In this document: positions 1-8,425 of the stretch, piece after piece
Position numbering within the stretch: position 1 is the first letter of the stretch
How the letters are laid out: every line of letters starts with the position of its first letter
Sequence record: DRR378314_468
DNA length: 20,000 nt
Reading direction: 5' to 3' (one strand)
The notes under the pieces: generated by a model
Database searches by the model: none
Told to the model about the DNA's origin: nothing
The model's input: the letters and a program-made list of their open reading frames with translations, nothing else
Translations under genes and position numbers: made by a program

Positions 1-1
1 T

Positions 2-988
2 GAATTATCGGCTAACCACAATGGGGATATTGATATTGCCAAGAGAACAATAATTGAAGCAAAAAAGGCAGGTGCCAATGCGGTAAAACTCCAAACCTAT
101 ACTCCTGACACCCTAACTATTGATTGTAACAACGAATACTTTCAGATTCATGGAGGGACCTTATGGGACGGAAAGACTCTTTATGAGCTATATGGGGAGG
201 CCTATACGCCTTGGGAATGGCATGAAGAGCTTTTTGAATTGGCAAAGAGCGAGGGTTTGATTTGCTTTTCATCTCCTTTTGATAAATCCGCAGTGGATTT
301 TTTAGAAGAGTTAAATGTTCCTGCATACAAAATTGCCTCTTTTGAGATTCAAGACATCCCCCTAATAGAGTATGCCGCATCAAAGCGCAAACCTATGATT
401 ATATCAACAGGAATTGCTAATGAAGAAGACATAAGTTTGGCTATTGAGGCATGCCACAAAATGAATAATCAAGAGATTATCTTGTTAAAGTGTACGTCTT
501 CATATCCTGCTCCATTGGAGCTTGCCAACCTAAACACTATACCCGATTTAAAACAAAAGTTTAATGTCCAGGTTGGATTTAGTGACCATACTTATGGTAG
601 TTTGGCCCCTACAGTAGCGGTTACTTTAGGAGCAAGGGTTATTGAAAAACATTTCATTCTGGAGAAATCCATTGGAGGTCCAGATGCAGACTTTTCTTTG
701 GACGTGGATGAGTTCAAAGCGATGGTTGATAAAGTGCGGGATACGGAAAGATTATTAGGTAGGGTTTCTTATGAAATTTCTGAAAAGGTAAAAAAGAACA
801 GGAAATTTGCTCGCTCTCTATTTTTGGTCTCGGATGTCAAGGCGGGGGAACGAGTCACAGAAGACAATGTTAGGTCAATTAGACCAGGTTATGGGATGCA
901 CCCCAAATTTTTGAATAAAGTATTGGGAAAAACATTTACAGGAGATTTTATGAAAGGAACTCCTTTAAATAAGAAGATGATAAAATGA
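2..988 (+). CDS. pseI: Pseudaminic acid synthase (NeuB family with C-terminal SAF/AFP-like domain), 5'-truncated by the window edge
   Basis: The frame is open from base 2 (ELSANHNGDIDIAKRTIIEAKKAGANAVKLQTYTPDTLT) and in frame with ORF 239..988. ELSANHNG, KLQTYTPDT, KIASFEI, LLKCTSSYPAP, GFSDHT and IEKHF are PseI-type rather than NeuB/LegI-type motifs. The C-terminal VRSIRPGYG fits a SAF domain. Confidence 0.9.
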   Translation, partial: ELSANHNGDIDIAKRTIIEAKKAGANAVKLQTYTPDTLTIDCNNEYFQIHGGTLWDGKTLYELYGEAYTPWEWHEELFELAKSEGLICFSSPFDKSAVDFLEELNVPAYKIASFEIQDIPLIEYAASKRKPMIISTGIANEEDISLAIEACHKMNNQEIILLKCTSSYPAPLELANLNTIPDLKQKFNVQVGFSDHTYGSLAPTVAVTLGARVIEKHFILEKSIGGPDADFSLDVDEFKAMVDKVRDTERLLGRVSYEISEKVKKNRKFARSLFLVSDVKAGERVTEDNVRSIRPGYGMHPKFLNKVLGKTFTGDFMKGTPLNKKMIK

Positions 989-1004
989 AAATCTTGATAT
1001 CAAT

Positions 1005-2216
1005 TTGAGAACTGGGATTTATAATGTTTTTTTCAGAAGTCTGACTTTATTTGCCAAGTTCCTGTTTATCCTGTTCTTAGGAAGGTATTCCCCAAACGAG
1101 CTAAACTTGGGGGTATATGGACTATTTGTGACCTCGGTAACTTTATTGATTTATTTTATAGGGTTTGATTTTTATGTGTTCAACACACGAGAAATTATAA
1201 GTGATCGAACTCACCTGTCAGAAAAACTCTCAAATCAACTTATACTTCACTTAATAGTATATGTGGCGATTATTCCTGTTGCGGTATTCATATTAGGGCG
1301 AACGGGAATTATTGGTAGTAGTTATCTATGGGTTTTTGTTTTCTTAGTGGTGGCGGAACACCTAGGTCAAGAGTTTTATCGACTTTTTACAACTCTTGAG
1401 AAATCAGTATTTGCAAATATTATTTTATTCATTAGATCAGGGTTTTGGGTCCTTATAGTATTTTTTGATTTTTTTGTTCTCAAAAACCCTGTTGATTTAA
1501 AAAAGTACCTGATTTTTTGGCTTTGCTGCTCTAGTTCTGCCGTAGCGTTCTCTACAATCTTTGTGGGTAAGAACTATAATATTTTGTTTAGCCCTCCTGA
1601 TTTTGGTTGGATAGTAAAAGGGCTAAAGACAGCCTCAGTCTTTTTTTTAAGTTCAATTTCCTTTCAAGTGATTCAATTCTCCGACAGATTTATTATAGAT
1701 TTTTTTTATGGAAAAAAAATGGTGGGGATTTATACTATGTATTCTCAATTTACAAATGCCATTGAAATATTTACTTTTTCGGCAATTACAATGGTGGCTT
1801 ATCCAAAAATGATTAAAGTTTTTGAAAAAAAGGATATATACGAGAAAACAAAAAACACTTTTTTCAAAAGACTCATTTCAATGACCATTCTTTTAGTTGT
1901 ATTTTGCGCTTTATTATCCCCTCTAATTTTTAGTTTTTTGAATAAAGATTCTATAATGGATGAATTAGATACTTTTTATATACTCCTTGGGGGAGGGATT
2001 TTTCTAATAATGTCCAATGTATATCATTATGATTTATTTGTGAAGAAAAAGGACCCCATCATTTTAAAAACGGCAATAGGTGGAATGGTTTTAAACATTA
2101 TTCTTAATTTGATAATGATTCCAAAATGGTCAATTGAAGGAGCTGCTTGGTCGACAGGCATAACCTTCCTTTTGATTTTCACAACAAAATATTATTATAG
2201 TAAAAAGCAAGCATGA
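1005..2216 (+). CDS. wzx: O-unit flippase (Wzx / polysaccharide biosynthesis protein)
   Basis: 403 aa with many hydrophobic segments. LGVYGL near the N-terminus, the SDRFIIDFFYG..VGIY motif and C-terminal LNIILNLIMIPKWSIEGAAWST are typical of Wzx. TTG start; an in-frame stop lies at 981-983. Confidence 0.85.
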   Translation: MRTGIYNVFFRSLTLFAKFLFILFLGRYSPNELNLGVYGLFVTSVTLLIYFIGFDFYVFNTREIISDRTHLSEKLSNQLILHLIVYVAIIPVAVFILGRTGIIGSSYLWVFVFLVVAEHLGQEFYRLFTTLEKSVFANIILFIRSGFWVLIVFFDFFVLKNPVDLKKYLIFWLCCSSSAVAFSTIFVGKNYNILFSPPDFGWIVKGLKTASVFFLSSISFQVIQFSDRFIIDFFYGKKMVGIYTMYSQFTNAIEIFTFSAITMVAYPKMIKVFEKKDIYEKTKNTFFKRLISMTILLVVFCALLSPLIFSFLNKDSIMDELDTFYILLGGGIFLIMSNVYHYDLFVKKKDPIILKTAIGGMVLNIILNLIMIPKWSIEGAAWSTGITFLLIFTTKYYYSKKQA

Positions 2217-3643
2217 TAATAGTTGACTTGATAAACGACGAAGCACTTTTATTTATTGAAGCCTTTAAAAAACTTATAGACACATCTGCTTTGGAGTCTA
2301 AAAACATTGATTGGGTGACTGAAGGGAATAGATGGGCTAAAGAAACTACAGGTTTACAGCTCTTGAATCGTCTAAAGTTTTTCGATGAACTCGATGAAAA
2401 ACAAATTGACCTTGAAAGCGAATTATCGAGACTTTCTAGAGAGTATGATAATTTTAATATATATGCCTGTGACAGATATTTGACACAGTTAGATAGGCAA
2501 ATGCAGGTGAAATTGCTGGTCTACACTTTTCTGTTTTATGAAAAAATATTTGAGTCAGGTAAAACAACCCACTATTTTACTACTGGCATAGCATATACTT
2601 ACAATTTGGTTTCTTTCCAAGTGGCAAGAAAAAGAAATATCAAACACATTTCATTTTACGGGACCCGTTATGACAATCGGACGGCTATTTCTTTGGATAT
2701 AAAAAACACGTTTAATGAAGTGGATAAACATTATCAAAACTATAGTTTTGACAAGGTTTCTCCGAAAATGTATGGTAGGGTTAAAGGCTTTATAAATAGA
2801 CCCATTCAACCTGCATACATGAAAAATGCTATCAATGCCTCATCTATAAAAGGAGTGTTTATCAAAGAGTTTTTTATTAGGGCCAATCAGTACTATTTCT
2901 CAAATAAGCATAAGTATGATTTTTTTACCAGGAGCCCATTAGAATTGAGCAGATTTAAACTCAATAAAATTTTACAAGCAAAGAAAATTAATGCTTTTCA
3001 TAATAACGTTTTTGATAAGCCAAATTATAAAGACAGGTATTTTATTTTTCCATTGCACATGCAACCAGAGGCGAGCACACTTATCTTATCTCCATTTTAC
3101 GTGGATCAAAAGACAACAATAATTAATATTAGCAAATGTCTGCCTTTAGATACAATAATTTATGTAAAGGAGCATAAAAGTGCATTGGGACAGCACAGTC
3201 TGGGTTTTTATAAGGACCTTAAGAAATATGCCAACATTAAATTGATTTCATATAGAGAAAACATGTTTGATTTAATAAAACATAGTTTGGGGACCATCAA
3301 TCTTTCAAGTACAGTTGGTTTTGAATCATTGTTCTTGAAAAAACCAGCTGTTGTTTTGGGAGATGTTTTTTATAATTCAACAGGGCTTGTATTTAAAGTA
3401 GATTCTTTTAAAGAGTTAAACGAGGTTTTGGAAAAAGTTTCCAAAGAGGGTTTTGATGTTGACAATGAGTTTGATGAATACGATGCAAGGTTCGCCTTTT
3501 ATTTGGATTCGTTGATTAATGCCTCCTATCCTTTCGAGTTCAATGTTGCCAAATTAGATACTAAGAAAAGGGTTCTTAAAGGTGAGAATATAGATGAATT
3601 TAAAAAATGCCTTTTCAGACTAATTAATAAGCAGAAAAAATAG
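2213..3643 (+). CDS. KpsS-like (capsule polysaccharide biosynthesis family) glycosyltransferase, probable nonulosonic-acid/ulosonic-acid transferase
   Basis: 476 aa soluble protein. FPLHMQPEAST, YVKEH and NLSSTVGFESLFLKKPAVVLGDVFY match the KpsS/KpsC-like C-terminal GT-B domain. ATGA overlap with wzx. Confidence 0.75.
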   Translation: MIIVDLINDEALLFIEAFKKLIDTSALESKNIDWVTEGNRWAKETTGLQLLNRLKFFDELDEKQIDLESELSRLSREYDNFNIYACDRYLTQLDRQMQVKLLVYTFLFYEKIFESGKTTHYFTTGIAYTYNLVSFQVARKRNIKHISFYGTRYDNRTAISLDIKNTFNEVDKHYQNYSFDKVSPKMYGRVKGFINRPIQPAYMKNAINASSIKGVFIKEFFIRANQYYFSNKHKYDFFTRSPLELSRFKLNKILQAKKINAFHNNVFDKPNYKDRYFIFPLHMQPEASTLILSPFYVDQKTTIINISKCLPLDTIIYVKEHKSALGQHSLGFYKDLKKYANIKLISYRENMFDLIKHSLGTINLSSTVGFESLFLKKPAVVLGDVFYNSTGLVFKVDSFKELNEVLEKVSKEGFDVDNEFDEYDARFAFYLDSLINASYPFEFNVAKLDTKKRVLKGENIDEFKKCLFRLINKQKK

Positions 3644-4834
3644 ATGCTAAAAAAACAACAATTTCTATTTTTTGTTTTTGCCACTAATGCACTTTTGTAT
3701 TCTTTGGTTTATTTTTTCCCTGTTAATAATTACGGAGAACCCCAAATCCCAATTATTTTAAAATTGATTTTTGATTTTTTTTCTTTGGGTCTTTTAGTTG
3801 TTTTTGGTCTAAAAAGAAAAATGGACGATGTCCGACTTACTGGACTGTTTTTTTTGATAATAATTGTTTTAGTTGGGATTTTACATATTCCGCACACATC
3901 TATTGCTGACTATCTACATTTTACAATTAGAAACATCTGTTTTTATGCATTATTACTATTTGTTGATTATTATCCCAAAATCAACAAGGAAAGCTTTAGA
4001 CGCTTTCATGAAGGCCTTTTTAAATTTATTTTGATTTTTGGATTAATCCTCTTCACTCTTCAAAAAGCTGGAGTCCCAAATCCATTTCCTTTTAAAACAT
4101 GGTTATGGGAAGGGAATAGACTGATTACTTCTTGGCTCAACCCAAATTCATTGGGATTCTACTTGATTTTTTATCTTTTCTATTTTTATAGTAAGTACGG
4201 TAGATTAATTCCTTTAGTTGGACTAATAATCATAAGTATTTTCTTAACTGGTTCTATTACTGCAATTATTGGTACTATTCTTTTTTTAATTTTTTTGCTC
4301 TTAAAATTCTTTTCTTCAAAAAAGCTGAAGGCAAGTTATATATTGGCTATTTTGATTTTATTGCCGGCAGGAGCATATTTTGCAGTTTCCTTAGGAGCAT
4401 TGGATTATATTTTATTTAAAATCGATGTCCTTTTTATAAAAAAGGAAAAAATTTACACATCTGTTTCAACCAGGATTGAAAACATAAATGATTTGATAGT
4501 ATATCTTAGGCCTGAAAACATTTTGTCTATTCTTTTGGGTGATTTTAACACTGATACCTATAGAAGACTAGATAGTCAATATCTAAATGTTTTTTATAAC
4601 TATGGATTAATAGGATTAATGAGCTACCTTGTTTTTTTAATATCGGTTTTTCTTAAGCTAAAAAACCATTTGAATAACGAATATTCAAGAGCATTTTTTT
4701 TGCTTAGTATCTGGCTTTATTTAGTAGCCTTTAATCTGACTGCTTATTTGTACAGACCCAATGTTGCAGTGTTTTACTATCTTATGTTAGTATATACGTT
4801 ATCCAACCAAAAAAAGCAAACAGTATTTGATTAA
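3644..4834 (+). CDS. wzy: Putative O-antigen polymerase (Wzy-like multi-pass membrane protein)
   Basis: 396 aa with about 10 TM segments. RLITSWLNPNSLG loop motif and late periplasmic loop (SVSTR...DSQYLNVFYNYGLIG). Very AT-rich; starts immediately after the preceding stop (TAGATG). Confidence 0.65.
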   Translation: MLKKQQFLFFVFATNALLYSLVYFFPVNNYGEPQIPIILKLIFDFFSLGLLVVFGLKRKMDDVRLTGLFFLIIIVLVGILHIPHTSIADYLHFTIRNICFYALLLFVDYYPKINKESFRRFHEGLFKFILIFGLILFTLQKAGVPNPFPFKTWLWEGNRLITSWLNPNSLGFYLIFYLFYFYSKYGRLIPLVGLIIISIFLTGSITAIIGTILFLIFLLLKFFSSKKLKASYILAILILLPAGAYFAVSLGALDYILFKIDVLFIKKEKIYTSVSTRIENINDLIVYLRPENILSILLGDFNTDTYRRLDSQYLNVFYNYGLIGLMSYLVFLISVFLKLKNHLNNEYSRAFFLLSIWLYLVAFNLTAYLYRPNVAVFYYLMLVYTLSNQKKQTVFD

Positions 4835-6110
4835 GATCTTTCAAAACATCAAACCTATAAAAGTTGAGGCATTTGTGACACATTCGAGAATAAACATAAA
4901 CGAGATTTTGTTGGGACTTGTACTCTTCTCGCTACCTATATCCCTAAAAATCAACTCTCTTTGCCTAATAATTTTGGCCATTTATAATTTTACTCTCAGA
5001 GTAAGACTACGATCAACCGCTGGCTTAAATATTTTTGGAGTTTTGTTAGTTTTTTTTTTAATTCAATTGTTGAGTTTTTTTTTAAGTTCAAACGGTGAAG
5101 AAGCAACAAAAAAACTCATATTATTCCTATGTTTTCCGACATTTTTCCTGATATATCCCACAAATAAAATTAGAGTTGAAAAAATATTTCTCTATTTGAT
5201 TTATGGAACTTTGAGTATTGGCATATATGCATTTATAAGGGCTACTTATGAGGTTTTAATTTATAATGTAAGATATGATTACGGAAGAGGCCCTGAATTA
5301 CTTTTGAAATTTGTTCCACACCACGCCTATTTTTCGATGTTTATTATAATATCGATTCTTACTATTTTTTGTTTAGTTGGCAATAAAAAGGTAAAACCGG
5401 CATTTTTGTTACTTACCCCAGCACTTTTATTCTACCTATTTATCTTGCCGTCTAGAACGGCTCTTTTAGTTACTTTTCTTGTTTTGCCGTTTTTTTTGTT
5501 TTCGTTTTTAAGGAAACGATATGATATAAAAATAATTGTTGGTATCGGCATTTTGGCATTAACCATTGTAGCCTTTATTGGGTTTCATATTGACTTTACC
5601 AGAGATAAACTAATTTATGCCTTCTACGAGTTATTCAATATTGCCACCGAGGAAAAGCCCTTTATGGGAATATCTAAGAGGGAAAAAATATGGCATTCAA
5701 GTATTGGCCTTTTTCAAAACTTACCCATCTGGGGATATGGTATTGGAGATGTCCAAGAAGTTCTGGACAAAAAATATATGGAATTGGGATATGATGAGGT
5801 TAAAGGTTATAATGCCCATAACCAATTTCTGCAGTTTGTGTTACAGTATGGATTTCTCCTTTCAATTCTAATTTTAATTCTTATAGCGAGAATATTGACT
5901 TTGCTGGTAAAAAAGAAAGAAGAGCTTTTATTGTCTTTTTGGATTGTATTGTTGATGTTCTGTCTTTCAGAATCTATATTGAACAGACAATGGGGAGTGG
6001 TTTTTTTTTCCATACTTTTATGCTTTTCTTGTTATAAAATTTATTTTGAAAAATTACATAATTATAATTCTTTTCATACCCTAGAAACGGGAAAGACAAA
6101 AGACCCTTGA
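4827..6110 (+). CDS. O-antigen ligase (WaaL / Wzy_C family) membrane protein
   Basis: 427 aa multi-pass protein with SRTALL, KREKIW, WGYGIGD and NAHNQFLQ..LQYG (the conserved His of the Wzy_C/WaaL loop). TTG start is uncertain. Confidence 0.75.
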   Translation: MIKIFQNIKPIKVEAFVTHSRININEILLGLVLFSLPISLKINSLCLIILAIYNFTLRVRLRSTAGLNIFGVLLVFFLIQLLSFFLSSNGEEATKKLILFLCFPTFFLIYPTNKIRVEKIFLYLIYGTLSIGIYAFIRATYEVLIYNVRYDYGRGPELLLKFVPHHAYFSMFIIISILTIFCLVGNKKVKPAFLLLTPALLFYLFILPSRTALLVTFLVLPFFLFSFLRKRYDIKIIVGIGILALTIVAFIGFHIDFTRDKLIYAFYELFNIATEEKPFMGISKREKIWHSSIGLFQNLPIWGYGIGDVQEVLDKKYMELGYDEVKGYNAHNQFLQFVLQYGFLLSILILILIARILTLLVKKKEELLLSFWIVLLMFCLSESILNRQWGVVFFSILLCFSCYKIYFEKLHNYNSFHTLETGKTKDP

Positions 6111-6128
6111 AAAAAGGAGACTATTGAA

Positions 6129-6269
6129 ATGAAGTCAGGGATGAATTTACGAATCTTTCAAACATTCGATGCCGTTAGTGGTTTAGCGGAAATAGTTGTG
6201 TTATTAGTACGTTTCAATAGTCTTCTATTTTTAAGATTATTGTTTAATGGCCCTGTTAATAATAATTAG
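6129..6269 (+). CDS. Possible 46-aa small protein (below the ORF-track length cutoff)
   Basis: Reads MKSGMNLRIFQTFDAVSGLAEIVVLLVRFNSLLFLRLLFNGPVNNN*. AGGAG at 6115-6119 lies 9 nt upstream, and the ORF fills most of the intergenic gap. No homology recognised. Confidence 0.25.
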   Translation: MKSGMNLRIFQTFDAVSGLAEIVVLLVRFNSLLFLRLLFNGPVNNN

Positions 6270-6281
6270 TAGATAGTTTTA

Positions 6282-7277
6282 ATGAAAGTTGCTATTATTT
6301 TTGGTGGTTCAGGTTATATAGGATCACATTTGGTAGAAATATTGTCCAATGGGGACGTGTTTGATCGATTGTTTGTTTGTGACATTCATGAACCAAAATT
6401 TTGTATAGAATCGCATTCTAAGGATAACGTTTCTTTTTTCTTATGCGATGTTAGGGTTCCAATAAATATTCCGTTGCACAAGATTGATATGGATAATAGC
6501 TGGGTTTTCAATTTCGCGGCGGTACATAGAGAACCTGGGCATGAATTTCAAGAGTATTTTGATACAAATATACCAGGGGCGGAGAACATTATTAAATTCG
6601 CCAATAAAACAGGTGTAAAGAATATTTTGTTCACAAGCAGCATTGCCCCGTATGGTAAATCTATAGAAGAACGAACTGAAAAATCACCACTCTATCCGGA
6701 AACAGGCTATGGTATATCCAAGGCGCTTGCAGAGCAAATACATCAAAAATGGTTGGCAGAAGACCAATCTAAAAGACTTATTATTGTAAGACCCAGTGTT
6801 ATTTTTGGCCCCAAAGACCCAGGTAATGTTTATAGAATGATAAAGGGCATTAAAAAAGGAACATTTGTATTGCCCAATGGAGGAAATATCATCAAAGCCT
6901 ACGGGTATATTTATGGATTGATTGATAGCATGCTGTTTACTATGTCTAAAAATGAACAATCACTTATAGTTTATAATTATGTGGAAAACCCTACAGTGCC
7001 GCTTTGTGAAATGGTCAAAATAGCTAAGAATGAACTGGGTTATACCAAACCAGTTCTCAAAGTATCTGTTAGGTTTTTGGCCGCAGCCGCATTTATTTTG
7101 CAAATTGTATTCAAACTGGCAGGAAAAAAATCTGACATTCATCCAGTGAGAGTGCGAAAAGCGGGTTTTCCTACCAATATTAAACCCAAATACTTGATTG
7201 ATCACGGGTTTGATTTTAAATACGATTTTCAAAATGCATTAAAACACTGGAAAAATGTTTCACCAGAAGATTTCTAA
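6282..7277 (+). CDS. NAD-dependent extended-SDR epimerase, Gnu-like (possible undecaprenyl-PP-sugar 4-epimerase)
   Basis: GGSGYIG, FTSS and YGISK are SDR motifs. FAAVHRE, GVKNILFTSS, IVRPSVIFG..GNVY, VYNYVENP and GKK...VRVRK resemble E. coli Gnu as recalled. Confidence 0.8.
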   Translation: MKVAIIFGGSGYIGSHLVEILSNGDVFDRLFVCDIHEPKFCIESHSKDNVSFFLCDVRVPINIPLHKIDMDNSWVFNFAAVHREPGHEFQEYFDTNIPGAENIIKFANKTGVKNILFTSSIAPYGKSIEERTEKSPLYPETGYGISKALAEQIHQKWLAEDQSKRLIIVRPSVIFGPKDPGNVYRMIKGIKKGTFVLPNGGNIIKAYGYIYGLIDSMLFTMSKNEQSLIVYNYVENPTVPLCEMVKIAKNELGYTKPVLKVSVRFLAAAAFILQIVFKLAGKKSDIHPVRVRKAGFPTNIKPKYLIDHGFDFKYDFQNALKHWKNVSPEDF

Positions 7278-7282
7278 ATAAA

Positions 7283-8425
7283 ATGAAGGTAGCGATAGTA
7301 CACGAATGGCTAACAGTAGTCGCCGGTTCTGAAAGTTGTTTAAAAGAGTTTGCGAAGATATATCCTGAGGCCGACATTTTTGTTTTGGTCTCTGATGAAA
7401 ATAGTTTGGAGAAACTTGAAATTGAAAAAGATAGAGTATCCAACTCCTTTATACAAAAACTTCCTAAGGCAAAGACAAAATGGAAGAATTACCTGCCCCT
7501 ATTCCCATTTGCCATAGAGCAATTTGATTTATCTGAATATGACCTGATTATCTCATCCTCCCATGCTGTTGCTAAGGGTGTAATTACAAACGCAAATCAA
7601 GTTCACATATGCTATATCTATTCACCAATTAGATACGCTTGGGACTTGTATCACCAATATATATATGAATCAGGACTTCAAAAAGGCTTAAAGGGTTTGT
7701 TCGCTAAGCGAATACTTCATTATATACGTAGGTGGGATAGGCAAACAGCAAATAACGTGGATGAATTTATTCCAATATCTCACTATATAGAGAAAAGAGT
7801 TTGGAGAACTTACAGAAGAGAGTCCTATAAAGTCATTTACCCACCAGTACAGGTTGATGAGTTTACTTTGTTTGAAGACAAGGAAGATTTCTATTTAACT
7901 GCTTCGAGATTGGTTCCCTATAAAAAAATAGGCCTTATTGTTGAGGCTTTTTCCAGTATGCCAGATAAGAAACTTGTGGTAATTGGAGATGGCCCAGAAA
8001 TGAAGAAAATACAAGAAAAGGCCAAGGAAAATGTATGTTTGATGGGGTACCAGCCGTTTGAAGTGCTGAAGAATCATATGCAACGGGCAAGAGCCTTTAT
8101 TTTTGCTGCTGAAGAAGATTTTGGGATAATACCCATAGAGGCGCAAGCATGTGGGACGCCAGTTATAGCATATGGAAAGGGAGGCTCATTGGAAACTGTA
8201 AATGGCAGGTTCGTTGGGGAAACCTTGGAAGAGGGATTGACAGGCCTTTATTTCAAAGAGCAAACGGTGTCTTCCCTTAAGGAAACAATTAACTATTTCG
8301 AATTAAACAAGGAAGCCTTTAAACCATCTGAAATTAGGGCATTTTCCTTGAAGTTTGATAGAAATATCTTTGTTGACCAGATAAAAAAAACATTTAATGA
8401 AATTTTTGAAAAACACCATAGATGA
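7283..8425 (+). CDS. GT4 glycosyltransferase, WbaZ-like (GDP-mannose-type donor)
   Basis: [50 protein letters not shown] and [25 protein letters not shown] are hallmarks of the WbaZ-like GT4 subfamily. Confidence 0.88.
   Translation: MKVAIVHEWLTVVAGSESCLKEFAKIYPEADIFVLVSDENSLEKLEIEKDRVSNSFIQKLPKAKTKWKNYLPLFPFAIEQFDLSEYDLIISSSHAVAKGVITNANQVHICYIYSPIRYAWDLYHQYIYESGLQKGLKGLFAKRILHYIRRWDRQTANNVDEFIPISHYIEKRVWRTYRRESYKVIYPPVQVDEFTLFEDKEDFYLTASRLVPYKKIGLIVEAFSSMPDKKLVVIGDGPEMKKIQEKAKENVCLMGYQPFEVLKNHMQRARAFIFAAEEDFGIIPIEAQACGTPVIAYGKGGSLETVNGRFVGETLEEGLTGLYFKEQTVSSLKETINYFELNKEAFKPSEIRAFSLKFDRNIFVDQIKKTFNEIFEKHHR

Noticed and set aside
239-988. ORF-track start of pseI at 239
   Set aside because: The frame is open and conserved back to base 2, so the true start lies upstream of the window.
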